A stretch of DNA of 64,000 bases, from NCBI GenBank assembly GCA_964036045.1, contig OZ038378.1:181412001-181476000 (forward strand), read 5' to 3'. Shown here in pieces: positions 48,801 to 60,034 of the stretch. Source of the stretch: Eutreptiella sp. 'Long Island Sound 2002'. Lineage: Eukaryota; Protista; Euglenida. The notes under the pieces were generated by a model that worked only from the letters and a program-made list of their open reading frames with translations, was not told the DNA's origin and ran no database searches. Position 1 is the stretch's first letter; each line of letters starts with the position of its first letter. The position numbers were made by a program, and so were the translations under genes.

Positions 48801-51800
48801 AGGCACAGACACGTCCAATATTGTTGCAGACGTCGGGACCTGCGGATGAATGCGGCGAGATATGAGCCCCAGCTCAAACGCTGGCCCTCGTCTGAGCCCA
48901 CGCTCTGGCCCCTGCCCAAACCACAGCCCTGACTGTCGTGGCCGCCCAAAATCCGATACCTTGCCCCCACGGGCAGTGCTTCGCGCTGAGGGATCCACCA
49001 GGTCTCCGGGTCAGTACCTCACGTGCGCGTGTATGGGAATGTTGTCGTTTGCAGTGCGCCGTGCGAGGACGGTTTTGACGCATGTGATCGCTTTGAGGGA
49101 GGTGGTGCGCGGTGAAGATTGTTCGTCGGGTCTCTCTCATGCGTTTTGTGCCGTGGAAGCCCTGACCGGTTTGGCTCTGTGCCTCTGTGCCCCAGTGCCT
49201 CAGTGCCCCGGTGCCTGCGTGGCCTTGCTTGTCTCTGCATAACGTAATGTCTGCATTCGGTTGTACGCCGCGTACAAAACGTAACCCGCGTTGTGGAAAT
49301 GAATTCTCACGTCATGTGGCACGGAGGTGTACAGGGACATGTGTGTGGGGCTGGAGCAGTCACACTGCATACCTTGTCCACATGCGAGGGCCGCTGCAGC
49401 CGCCACAAATCGCGATACATCGCATCGAAGCGGTCTTGGGGGAGGCAGCGCGCCATGTTGGGGTTCCAGGAATTCATACTGCACCTGATGCGGCAGCACA
49501 CAGTCCCTCAATCCATTGAGTCTGCACAGCATTGCCCAAAGCGCTGCAAGTCCTACCGATGGCCCCGTTGCACTGATTACTTCGAGGTACATCTGTTGGG
49601 TCCAAACACGGGGGGGGCGGGGGGGCGATCGAGCCATGCCTGCCAGGTGCCCACGTCGTGTGGGCCTTTCAAAAAGGAATGGGGGTGGAGTGCTGTGTCC
49701 ACGCACCGGCTCTGCGGGGCCGCCGGGCCCTCGTGATGGCGGATGTTCAATCCACACCTCCTGGGAGCTTGAGGCGAAAGCGGGTCATTTCTTGGCAGCC
49801 AGAGAGCCTTGGGTGCATAGAAAGTGGGGATTGGGGGGGGCTTCAAAGTAGATACACCCAACAGGAACGCCATGCCACAAAAAAAATACTTAATGTAACC
49901 TCTTAAAATGCGCGTTTTCTGTCCTCAACCCACCGCTTGTGGCTGTTGTTGAGACTTGCAGTTCCGATTGTTGTTCTGAGTTGTGATACCGTGGTGCGCC
50001 CCATAGGGGCATTCCCCTTGCGTTGTTTGTTTTGCGTAATGGGTACCCATATCATGGCCAACGCTGCTCATGTTGCTCTGGTGCTCATGAGAAAGAGGTT
50101 TTTAGCATGAACAACACCATATGGCTTCCCCACAAACTTCAAAAGTAGCGTGGTGGAACTGTTTCACCGGTGAGACAAGGGTGCACGGGATATGCATGTG
50201 AACGGTGTCGGCATCAGCAACGCCAACTCCATCACCTTCGCCATTGCCATCTCCCTCATCGCCAGTACGAGCCCAGACCCATCCCCAACAACCTCCCCAC
50301 CATTGTCGCCATCAGCACCGCCTACAACAGCCCTGCCAAGCACCCAACCAACAATCCAGCCACCAGCCCGGCCACCAACCCAGAAGCCAACACAAGGAGT
50401 GCATTTCGACCCATAAATGGTGACCATCTGCTTCTTGGATTCTTGTTCAGCAGGGCATCATTTGTTGCAGCAGGCAGAATTTTTTCAGTCAAAATATCAG
50501 ACATCACACCTTCAGAACGAAATATGGCATTACCTTTGGATTGCAAACACTTGCAAAATTGCAACTTCAAGCCCCTACCCCGCCCCCCCTATTCCTTGCG
50601 ATCACAGCCCATGTCCCTGAGTACCACGGCAACACGGGGTGAACGTTCTTGCACACGGCCGCCAGTACACATGCACATGAAAGGGGTGCATGTCGGATAG
50701 AATGGCTCCCAATTACATTGAAACGTATAAAACTGGCTTGGAGTCCAAAGCACAACATGCCCCAGCCCCTCTTTCCGTGTCTTTCCACACACAACGCGCT
50801 CACGTTCCTTTGACCTTACGTCCTGATCCATCAGCGGTCCCAAACGTGACGACGTCCCACTTGGACAAGTGTGTGCTTGTGGAAAGGGTGTCATGGTGTC
50901 AAGTCTCGGAGCTGGGTCCACCAGTGTACCGGATACGGCTGCCCCCAGCCGAGTGGGGCAAGGTGGCACTATGCCACAGCAAATGCTGGCAGTGCCGTGC
51001 CTTGCCCCTCTCAATCGGCCCATGGAGGAGGGGGGCTGTTCAAATATGGACGCCCAACTGTGTTGAAGAACTTTTGGGGGTCCGGAGCAGGAGGGGGGGT
51101 CTGTTGGAGGGGGTGGGGGGTGGGAGGGCGCCCAGGGGAAGTGGGGGGGCTTCCCCGGGGGGCATGTGGGGGGGGGGGGGGGGATCAAGCACCTCCGAAG
51201 AGTTGGGTATGTGGCCCAGGTGGCCCGACTCACGCACCGTCCCTAACCAAAAGGATTCGGTAGCATCAACTTGGATATTTCCGTCAATACAGGAGACCTC
51301 AGGGAGAGGTGTCCCGAGGCGGTCATGGGGTGAGGTGCGCACAGTGTACGCGTTATCGGCTTGTGAGAGGCTCACCACCATGTTACGATGGGCAGTACCG
51401 CTCAGATGCAATGGAATGCTGACATCAGTGACATTGCGAAGTGTAGTGCCACATTGACAAGCATACTCAGTGCGCAACACTGCTTCACTTTCTTGGAAGG
51501 CATGAGAAAGAGTATATGAGCAGGCGCAATGAAAAAAAAAAAGCAGAGGCAGAAGAACAGGTGAGGACATGTGTTAAGTGCCACCTGCGGAGGGGTGTGG
51601 GGGTGGGGGTTGGAAGTGGGGGGGGGGGGATGTTTAAACTAGGCAAATGCTGCATGCTCCTGACATCCGTGGTGTATTCTGAGCATTTTGAGTGTACACA
51701 CGTGGGGTGGAAAAACAGTTTTACCCCATGTTGTAGGTAGAAGGGAAAAAAATCCGGCGCCTGCAGCGCTATCAGTTCGCCGCAAATCTCAAGTGGCCGA

Positions 51801-52139
51801 AAGCCGGATTCGAAAGCTTTGGGGGGTCCGGAAGGGGAAGGGCGTGGGTTGGGTGCAGGTTCTGAACCAAGGGGGTCCCCCTTGGATCGGGCCCTGCAGT
51901 AACCAGGCCGGTTGGTGGGGGGGGGGGGGGGTCAAAACATATGATCCTGAACAAAGTACAACAGACACAAGCACCCTCACATTCTGATGGCCCAGCACCT
52001 CCACTCCTCAAGCGACGGCGGTAGTCGATGGCCATGCTCGACTGTGGTCCACTGCAAACACTCGTCGCACTGGATCCAAAGCAGTTCGCTGGACTGAAGG
52101 ATTGTGGGGTCAAGTTGAGCCTGGGATTCACTGGCATCG
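29205..52139 (-). CDS. Multi-exon gene encoding three tandem zf-CW + ARID modules (putative chromatin reader); 5' end and linker exons unresolved
   Basis: Twelve exons assembled by hand, all with GT-AG boundaries and matching phases within modules (see the three module entries). Single-gene continuity is inferred from a donor site after module 2 and a stop codon required only after module 3. Confidence 0.75.
29670..29700 (+). repeat. (GGGGT)n microsatellite, potential G-quadruplex
   Basis: gggtggggtggggtggggtggggtggggtg seen directly. Confidence 0.85.
32241..32510 (+). mobile_element. Dispersed repeat family (non-autonomous element), copy A
   Basis: Homologous to 38791-39030 (cccctgtgtgacatt...acccgttcttcccttc.catg.tgcgtcgg); internal ~63-bp duplication starting cccag/cccaa. 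Confidence 0.7.
33802..37110 (-). CDS. Candidate linker exons of the CW-ARID gene (33802-33911, 35417-35502, ~36530-36645, ~37045-37110)
   Basis: Short open frames with AG/GT boundaries (e.g. GCT|gtgagt at 35416; ESWGCDLVYISLPLAHYTNELRHK); no domain support and the phase chain could not be closed. Confidence 0.3.
36700..36860. repeat. (GT)n/(GC)n compound dinucleotide microsatellite
   Basis: Alternating gtgtgt and gcgcgc tracts seen directly. Confidence 0.85.
38791..39030 (+). mobile_element. Dispersed repeat family, copy B (may continue to about 40400)
   Basis: Aligns with 32241-32510 in the same orientation and carries the same internal duplication. Confidence 0.7.
39646..39755 (+). repeat. 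About 20-bp G-rich tandem repeat CACTGGGTTG(n) x5
   Basis: cactgggttggggggggggg repeated five times with variable G-run length. Confidence 0.9.
42284..44830 (-). CDS. CW-ARID module 2; exons 44588-44830, 43260-43413, 42284-42399
   Basis: Spliced: WVQCTRCLQWASVERGCSVTTPWTCAMNEWNPGIAVCMS|EADFYAQLKVCWGHHNIDVQLPVMADSVAVNLWGLYNMVVQLGGLETVSSSR|WFPMAVAQPPWQQLKDIARHWEQIYKSYLLPFEQ; phases 1/1 and 2/2 match. Confidence 0.85.
42675..42875. repeat. Compound trinucleotide microsatellite (CAG)/(CAC)n/(CAA)n in the intron splitting ARID 2
   Basis: Runs of accacc and aacaac seen directly between exons 43260-43413 and 42284-42399. Confidence 0.9.
44866..44981. repeat. (CAACA)n pentamer microsatellite
   Basis: About 23 units of caaca/caacg, ending roughly 35 nt before the CW2 acceptor on the minus strand. 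Confidence 0.92.
46852..47017 (-). CDS. Candidate linker exon after ARID 1
   Basis: Phase-2 acceptor matches the end of exon 47184-47233; S/P/T-rich open frame; the donor gttggc is weak. Confidence 0.4.
47184..52139 (-). CDS. CW-ARID module 1; exons 51999-52139, 49373-49484, 48660-48839, 47184-47233
   Basis: Spliced: LLWIQCDECLQWTTVEHGHRLPPSLEEWR|CSMNSWNPNMARCLPQDRFDAMYRDLWRLQRPSHVDK|VPTSATILDVSVPFWHLYNLVTQLGGWSTVWANEWVGVLCSFGKRQSWMASCDIHEWIQQ|VYVEYILFFEEEHFRGK; all junctions are GT-AG and in phase. Confidence 0.85.
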
Positions 52140-52950
52140 CTGCACAACGCGAGCGGAACATGGCCACACATCACACACCCACACACACACACACTCTCTC
52201 TCTCTCTCTTTGTACCCTCAAAACGCCCCGTTTCGTGCGGTGTCTAGTGGGCCATGCAGCAGCAACAGCTTGTAACACTGCACTCCATCCGTGTCGTCTC
52301 TACCCTTTTATTTCATTGCAACCATGTGATGGAACTGCACTCCAGTGTGCAATGTTGTGTACTCTAGCCCCCCCCCCCCCCCTCCGCCGGGTCCCCCATC
52401 ACCAAATTTTGTTGTGGCAGGAGAGTTTCCAGTGGATGTCTGCCCCCCCCTCCCCCCACCCCAGAGGATCCCGTTCGGAACCCCTTTGCACAACCTTATA
52501 TTACAGTTCATAGGCTGTTCTCTTTATAGAAAAGCACTCTTCGAAGTGGTGGTGGGTCCCCGGAGCCCATATCCTTATCCCCTCCCCCGTTACGACTGTT
52601 CCAATTGTCTGGATGTCACGAAGGTTGTGTTGGTGCTGGAGCGAAGTGGCAGTCCCACACCTGACCATTTCCATCAATGCGCCCCCTCCCCCTCCCCCGA
52701 GACTGCCACTTTAGTAACCGAACTTTTGGATAAGTTCCGCACCGCCTGTTGGACAGGTGAGCAGTGCAGAACCATTCAACGGCGGGCACACCCCTATTCA
52801 ACGGGGGGCATAGCAGGGCGGGGGTCCTTGTTGCAGCTGCATTTGCAACTTCTCAATAGTACCTACTGGCTTCGCACGTCTGACCTTGCCCTGGCTGTGT
52901 GCCTAGCTCACGGGCTTGCACATGTTTCAGACAAGCACAATACCTTTCAC

Positions 52951-53149
52951 CTGCTTGTCCCCTTGGCACACATCGCTGATCGCCCGACACATTGGCTCTG
53001 CCCCTGCCAGCCCCTCTGCACCGGCCACCGGCCACACAGAAATAAGAGCACCCATGCATGCTGTGCTCAGTCGCACACACACGTGCTGCACACCTGCTTG
53101 AAGATCCGCCGGTGACGGGTGTGGTTGCACTGGTGTGCTGACATTTCAC
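52951..53149 (-). CDS. Candidate upstream exons of the CW-ARID gene (53094-53149, 52951-53015)
   Basis: GT-AG boundaries and phases (0, then 2) chain correctly into exon 51999-52139; no recognisable domain, so this could be chance. Confidence 0.35.
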
Positions 53150-54828
53150 CTGCAGCACCATTGGCGGACCGATGAAATGGAAAAGACCATGCACAGCCCC
53201 GTACCCAAGCCCCCCTGAGGGCGCTCCTCAGTCCAAAAAGACAAACGGAAAAAGGCTGCCTGTGCACTTAGTCATATTCGGGCGGTAACTGACGGCAATT
53301 GGAGGGCAGCCGAAGGGAAGGCGGTTGGAGGGCAACCGACGGCGGTCGAGCAGTTGTTTGGGCGCCCTCCATGAGTACGCCTTTGCAAAAAATAAAACAG
53401 GGTGATAAAGGAGCGCCCTACCGTCTGGGGGCGAGACTGCAGGCGCCTTGAGACCAATAGCCCCGCGAAACACTTCACAACTTCCACCACCACTCATTTC
53501 CGAACAGTGCATAATAACCCGGAAAAGGGCTGAAGCCTCACAACCCTCAACACAGCCACCAAAATCCCTGCACACACACCCGCTTTTTTCTTCTTGTTAA
53601 TAATTGGACTTTTCGAAGAAACTCCGAGAAAACAAAGAAAAGATTTCAAAAACAAGAAAAGCAAAAAACACTCCAACAATGCGGGTGCCTTGCAGGGACC
53701 CCAACTGGGACGAACAGCAGTATGCTACAACACAGTGCTTTTCATTGTGTGCCTTGCTGTGTTCCGACGTATATCCCTCTGCCCTCAGGTCGCCGTGCAG
53801 ATACACGCAGAACAAAAATGAGGCAGATCTATTCGGGGTTGGGCATGGGATACTCCACCAACTCAGCCCATTCCCAAACTGCGAGGTCCAACAAACTTGC
53901 AGCAACCCATGCCCAATGGTAGTGAGAAACTATGCATGCCTAACCCACGCGGTCTGAATTCAATGCCCCCCGCCCCTACCCCTCCCCCCCAAAAGGACCT
54001 GAAGTTTTTAAGCCTCCCCCTCCCATGGCACGCTGCCGGGGGTGGGGTCCAGGACCATGCTGAAATGCCGCACATGTACCATGGGTTGCCTTTATTACTG
54101 GGTGGTCACTTCCTCTGCGAAAAGCATTTTTTGTGTCATGAACCATGGCAATCTCCGAAACATGAAACACGTTTTGTGCATCGCAAACAACCTAACGAAT
54201 CCCAACAGTCGCCACGAAGGAGCCTTCAACACCTTCAGCAACCCATCACAGCACTGAACAATCCAATACCAAGGGTGACTTCAATAGCCCCAAGAGCGTC
54301 TCAACGGCAACGCCAATCTCTAACAAGCGGTCACAGCCCTCAAGAAACCTTCACGACTCTCTATGAACAGCCGTCAACAACCCCAATCCCGCTCAACAAC
54401 CCTCAGAAAGACCCTGACAGCCCTTAACAGCCCTCCACAACCGCGAGCAACCCCAATAAACTTCCCTAACAACCGCAACCAACCCCTGAAACCCCTCAAC
54501 ATCGCTCAACGCCGAACGACAGCCCTCCAACCCCAGACAGCTCCACTCCACAACCGCCCGAGAACCCTCAACAACCCAAAAGTGGGGCAACAACAGCAAA
54601 TGGTAAGTGTGCCATGCCCCCACAGACACATACCTCACTATGATGTGCTTCATTGCTTGAACTGGCCACGTCACATTTCAATGGAACAGGGGCATTTCTG
54701 TCACGCATTTGGGCCAAAAGGGGACATGGACTGCACAACAACGGTTGACCAGTCAAACAGTGTGATGCAACACTATGCTGGATGCAAAACATGCAAGCGT
54801 CACCCAGAGAAAAAAAATTTTGGCGAAG

Positions 54829-55470
54829 GAATGAAGCTCCGGATACTTAGCTGACGTATACCCCCAGGCCACAGGCATACAATCATCGCTCCAGGCCAGT
54901 ACCGAATGTTGCCTTGAGTTCACTGCTGGACTGCAGTTATCAAATGTTTCTTTGCCGGGCCGGTCAGCTCAACCCCACCCTCAGCGCCGGTTAGAGAAAA
55001 CCTCGCAACAACCTCGGGCGTTCGGCGAGAATAAATGAGAACTCAGTGACCTCCCCCTCGGATTCCTCTGACACACGTGATCCCCCAGACTGGTCAGAAT
55101 CAGAGTCATGACTATCTGGCATCTCTTGCAGTCCCAAGTCTTGCCAGATGTCTGCCACTGCTTTGTGTTGCGGTGTGCAATTTTTGCCCCTTTGGCTGCC
55201 TGCATATCCGCCTCCTCATTTCCCGCCACCCCCACATGAAATGGATGAGACGAAAAGACGAATTTTTTTTGGGTGGGGGGGGCTTTCTAGGGGCTGCAAG
55301 CAGGTCCTAAAGTGCTCCACACATGCACGTCCTGGTATGCCGTAATGTTCAACAGTTCTTGATTCTCTCACTCATAACATCTCTTGATTGACCATTGCTC
55401 ACACGCTGTATCAATGCCTTTAGCCTATTTTGTCGACACTATGTGTCTCTATGTTACAGTACAGAAAGGC
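54829..55470 (-). mobile_element. 5'-truncated non-LTR retrotransposon remnant (RNase H C-terminus plus 3' end)
   Basis: HVGVAGNEEADMQAAKGA is the RNase H C-terminal motif; shares the 3' motif (plus strand) atgaagct.cggatacttagc with 56101-56122. Confidence 0.75.
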
Positions 55471-56099
55471 GCTCCTTGGGTGGAAGGTTCGGTGCTGTGA
55501 CTTGCCTGATGGCTGATACAATCAATCCCAACATCGGTCCGTTCCACTTTGAAGGAGGAGGAGGGTGGTTATGGGCTTTCCAGGGGGGGGGGGGGGGGCG
55601 GCGGATGGCCATCCCAAGAAAGGGGATCTGAGGTTTGGGCAAGAACCCATTGGAGGGGCCGAATTGGGGCCCCCTCCGGCGTGGGGTGGGATGCACCACC
55701 TCACTCTTCCTGGGAAGGGGGCAAGGAAGCGGCACACATACCATGCTCTGGATTGTGGATTGGAGGGTGGCGTATGAGTGCTGGTCTCAGGGAGGGACTG
55801 CCTTAAAAATTGGGGGCCGGGGGGCGGGGGCAGAATGTGCCATCGGGCGTGTGGGGAGGGTGTGTTTGCTGGTCGGGCGCAAGGCATGACTGGGTCCATG
55901 GCATTGCTGCCCCTCTACGGTCCGTCCCTGGGCAGCAAGTGGGCGATGGCCCTTGCGTTCCTTTGGGGGGTGTGGTGTTGGGGCAGAAACTGCTAGCAAG
56001 GCACCAAGTACTCCCCCCCCCTTGAAATCCCCAACCCTTGGTCGTGACCCCCCCCCCCCCCCCGCGCGGGCGGTCATGATGTGACGGTCCCCCCCTGGG

Positions 56100-57480
56100 C
56101 CATGAAGCTACGGATACTTAGCAACCGAACACCCCCCGTGACACGGGCGAACGGTCACAGCTCAACATATGTTCTGTTCTGCTGCACTGCAGCACCTCGA
56201 CTCTTTGTCCCGACGCCTTCTACGCTGACCATGAAATATCCCTCTGTCGGATCGGGTTCAGCTCAAGGGTAAGGTACGCCTGAAATCAGGCCCAACCTCC
56301 GCACTTGGCTGTGAGAGCTCCCCATCGGAGTACCCACTTACCAGGCCTGCATGAAGCGCATGATCCTGCCCAGAGGCATAGCCGGACACTTTGCTGGAGC
56401 CAATGGATCCCGAAGCCGTGTCCACATGGTCCAAACTGTCCCCACCCACCCACCCACCCATTCACCTGCCACTTCAGCGCTTTCCCCTTACCCCCCAAAA
56501 AACATACTCAGAATCAGTAACAACACGGACTTTGCAGGACTGGGCTTCAAACAAACGAAGCGCTAAGATAGAAACAACAAGCTCTGCCGCGTTGTTTGTT
56601 TGGCGCTCCTCCTTAATCAGAGGTTCGGAGACCTAGATTTCTGCACAAGAATCCGAGGGGGGGACGAGGGGGGGACATAAACCCCCACCCCACCTATCTC
56701 AGGCAACTTGCATGATTTTGTCCTCTTCGAGGAACCGTCTGTGTAGGTGGGCTGGAAACCCTGGGAAACCAGAAAGGAGATTTGCTCCGGCACCGACTGC
56801 GCCAACTCCGGAACCAACTTGTGGCGTTTCACGCGCACGGCTACCTCCTCTGGTTCACTATAGACTGACTCCACAGACCCCGGAGAGACCACTAGGCAAC
56901 GCCGTACCTTGGGCGGCACTACTCCCGTTTCCAGTAACTACCGAAGCACAAGCAGGAAGTGTTGGGCTTTGGTCACTGACTCCCCACCACCCGAATGCGA
57001 CAAGCACCTGGACACAACCTCAATCCAAATCGCCAGAAGGAGGTCAAGGGACGCTGTGGCCCCCTCCTTCACCACCCACCGAAACTTCCAAAAGGCTTCT
57101 CTCTAGAGCCACACCATAACCCCACTAGCGAGTTCAAGGAAAACTCTATGTGCGCCGGCATGAACAGATCTGCCACTGCCACTCCATGGGCCCCACCGGG
57201 CCAGAAAACCCCCAACGCATGCTTCATCACAGTATAAAAACGACACATAGGGCATGCTCTACCGACTGCTCCACTCCACACACTGGGCACTGTGTTAGTA
57301 CCCGAAAGCACAGAGAGACTCTCGCGTGCACCAATAACTTCCCCCATAAACACAGCCGAATTACTTCCTTCGTGGCTGCGCTGGCTTGCAACGCCGGAAA
57401 GGCCTCCCACACCTCCCGTGTCTGCCTACACGGGTACTCTCGGTCAGGCGCCAAAATCTTTGCAAAAAAGCCCTAGCCCC
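56100..57480 (-). mobile_element. Degenerate non-LTR retrotransposon: zf-RVT-like zinc finger followed by RNase H
   Basis: LWGKLLVHAR...CPVCGVEQSVEHAL at about 57230-57400; PTYTDGSS at 56731-56745; then AAELVVSILALRLF, KVRVVTDSEYV and KWQVNGWV in shifted frames. Confidence 0.8.
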
Positions 57481-57553
57481 ACAACAGATGCTACTGAGGC
57501 AGCTGGTCATACACCCCGGCTTAAGGGGGAGTATTTGCCCTGCGCGCTACTTT

Positions 57554-58073
57554 TACCCTCCCCCCCCCCTTGTCGTTCCCCACCCCAGGGAAGACGGTCC
57601 CCCACCACCCCCTGGGGGATGGTCACCAAGTGACGGTCCCTGGGGGACCACACCCCCAGGGCAGGGCGGGGCGCAGCGGGAGCACGTGGCAGTGAGAGGC
57701 GCCGAATAGACGCACGGTCGTGCAAGACGGTCTTGCCATCACGGTCATAAGTGATGCGGCGATGTGCATCACCGTGCTCTGAATGTCCAACGACCTGCGC
57801 CAAAACAGGTTCCCCCGTGGAGCGGATGAACATCACACTTGTCCCGGGGGGAAACATGGTTGTGCTAACAAGTTCCATTTCAGCGAAAGTGAGCAAAATG
57901 TCCTGCCATGAGTGCAAGGGATGCAAGTGGTAGTGCCCCACAACACAGTCACCCAACAACAACACAATGAGCCGCAACGAAAAGTTTTGGGTTGACCAAG
58001 TGACGGCCCCCCACCCCCCCCCCCCCCCGGGGAACGACAAGGGGTGGGGAACGACAAGGGGGGGGGGAGGGTA
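57554..58073. mobile_element. MITE-like element with perfect terminal inverted repeats and TA target site
   Basis: 57554-57586 (taccctc-c9-ttgtcgttccccacccc) is the exact reverse complement of 58041-58073, including the terminal TA. A paralogous site lacking the insert lies at about 16600-16660. Confidence 0.85.
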
Positions 58074-58699
58074 TGATGACTTTCCCAAATTGAGTCCCCG
58101 AGTTTACCATTACTGTATGAAACCCTCGAGTAGACCAACAGTTGCCTCTTGCCTACCAAATGAAGCAACAAACCATCCATGCACAACATTGAACAAACTG
58201 CCACAAACTGCTATATCCTCCGGATGGATGGGATCGTAGTCTGGGACCGGTAGCCGTGTGGCCATTTTGGCGAGCAAGTCCACCTCCCCATTGCGCTGGA
58301 TTTGCTCACGTTCCTATGCACTGCGGGCCTCGGACTCTTGACGGTGATTGGGGATCTACTCCATGATGACTCGCTTGCGTTGCGTCTGATCACACGACTT
58401 GTGGCGGACGTCGGAATAAGAGCACTCCCGCGTGGGTCGTTTGTCGGCACATTTGGTCACGGCCATGTTGTCGATGTACTGCTTGTCGTTGGATGCTATC
58501 GCCGTCCAAGGACGTGCCTTCAGGCTGCCTTTGATTGTACTAACCCCTTCAAATGCACCAGTGGGGGAATGTTTGCCCGGCGCGCGCCCGGCGCGCTACT
58601 TTTAGACTATGTTCCCCCCGAAGAGCCCCCAAGCACACCCCTTGGAAACGCCCTTAGAATTAGGTGACCCAAACTGCCCCAGCTCAAGAAAGTTGCCAA

Positions 58700-58850
58700 C
58701 TGGGGTACACAGTACCACTCTCGCTCCTTTAAGGGCGATCTTGGTCAACACCTTAGCAAGTTGGGAGAATGGGGGGTTAGGATAGCACAACCGCATCGAT
58801 CTCCAGTAGAAGCGATAGGCGTTATTGAGGTATCGCGAACAGTAGAGCTG
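58700..58850 (-). pseudogene. N6-adenine methyltransferase-like fragment (NPPF motif) of the type carried by DIRS-like retroelements
   Basis: YCSRYLNNAYRFYWRSMRLCYPNPPFSQLAKVLTKIALKGARVVLCTP resembles the DIRS Dam-like pattern (DAF..W....Y.FPPF..I.+VL.KI....VILV.P); motif recall only. Confidence 0.6.
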
Positions 58851-58989
58851 CATCATAACATTGGTCCCACAAGTGTGGGTGTCAATACATGCAGTACAAT
58901 AGTGCTCCTTACACTCATCACAAACTGCGACGGTGGAGCGCTTCTGGCAACACAACACACACACTTCTGCCTCATCCTCTGCCTCATCT

Positions 58990-59290
58990 TGCGTGCCACA
59001 ACCGAGCAAACGGCTGCTCAATGTGTGCCCTATACCACCCGTGCACGTCATTGTAACATTGTTGGCGGGCTGTCAAAGCGCCATTCTTTCTTCCAATGAA
59101 TGGCACAATGACATGAATCCGGCCCTTATAAGCACCATCATGGCCCCCAACTTCGAAATCAAAGAAATCACCTCGGGTACGAGAAGGTCCATACCCATCC
59201 CAAATCAAGACATCTGCTGATGTCCCGGGGGCCAAGGGGCAAATCCATATAATGTTGCCCAACATATCAACGGCAACAGTCCACCGGTAG
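58990..59290 (-). mobile_element. PIF/Harbinger/ISL2EU-type (DDE_Tnp_4-like) transposase fragment, 5'-truncated
   Basis: AVDMLGNIIWICPLAPGTSADVLIW...GHDGAYKG...IVPF...LTARQQCYNDVHGWYRAHIEQPFARL follows the PG(S/T)xxD, DxxY, PF, YN and RxxIE motif order; the first catalytic Asp region is absent. Confidence 0.75.
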
Positions 59291-60034
59291 GGCACGGGTC
59301 ACAAAAGATGCCCGGCGCGCTAACGTTCCCCCAGTGTAGAGGAAGCAAACGTGGTACCCATAGGCCGCCAGGTTGACGCCCTAGGACCCGCAGGGACAAA
59401 ATCGGACCTAGCTACCTAACCCTTGCCTTCTCGAGGGCCCAAAAATGGGCGGATTGGCTACATAACTGCTGCCTTCTTAGGGGTCCCACACGGGTAGGGA
59501 TCGGGAATAGCCCAAAAAGTTGCCCTATGCACGCCCTCCGCGCGCCCTACACACTAACCACTAACACTCACTATAACTACCCTCATAACAGACGCCCCAA
59601 CGAGGTACACTAGCCTCCAAGTCGGAGAGATCACGTGTACCCACTTGTCTTGTTCCTCTGTCATTAAATGTCTCCAATTCAGAACACCCAACGACACTAG
59701 CTTGGAACAGTAATAGGTGTGCCTATGTACGTTCATGAAAAACACCGCGTGCTACGGCGGCACAACTGAGAGGTCACTGGGCGGGCACACGGCTCCACCC
59801 GGTGCCTCACTGTGGAAAATGCTTTTGTGGACCGGGCAAGGAAACTGAGACGCAGTGTTTGAACCATCCCCAGCTGAACATAGGGTAGGAAGCGAACCTC
59901 CAACGATTAACCTACCTTGAGAGGGTACGTTTGCCCGGCGCACGCCCGGCGTGCCCATCATCCAAATGAATGTTCCGGCCATCTGCTTTACCCCCAAACA
60001 CCACCCCCTCCTCTAGCCCAAGAACCCTAAGCAC

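Noticed and set aside
50322-51570. Protein-like open frames inside the CW1 intron
   Set aside because: Inclusion would interrupt the CW finger; no domain or firm splice chain found. A nested gene cannot be excluded without RNA data.
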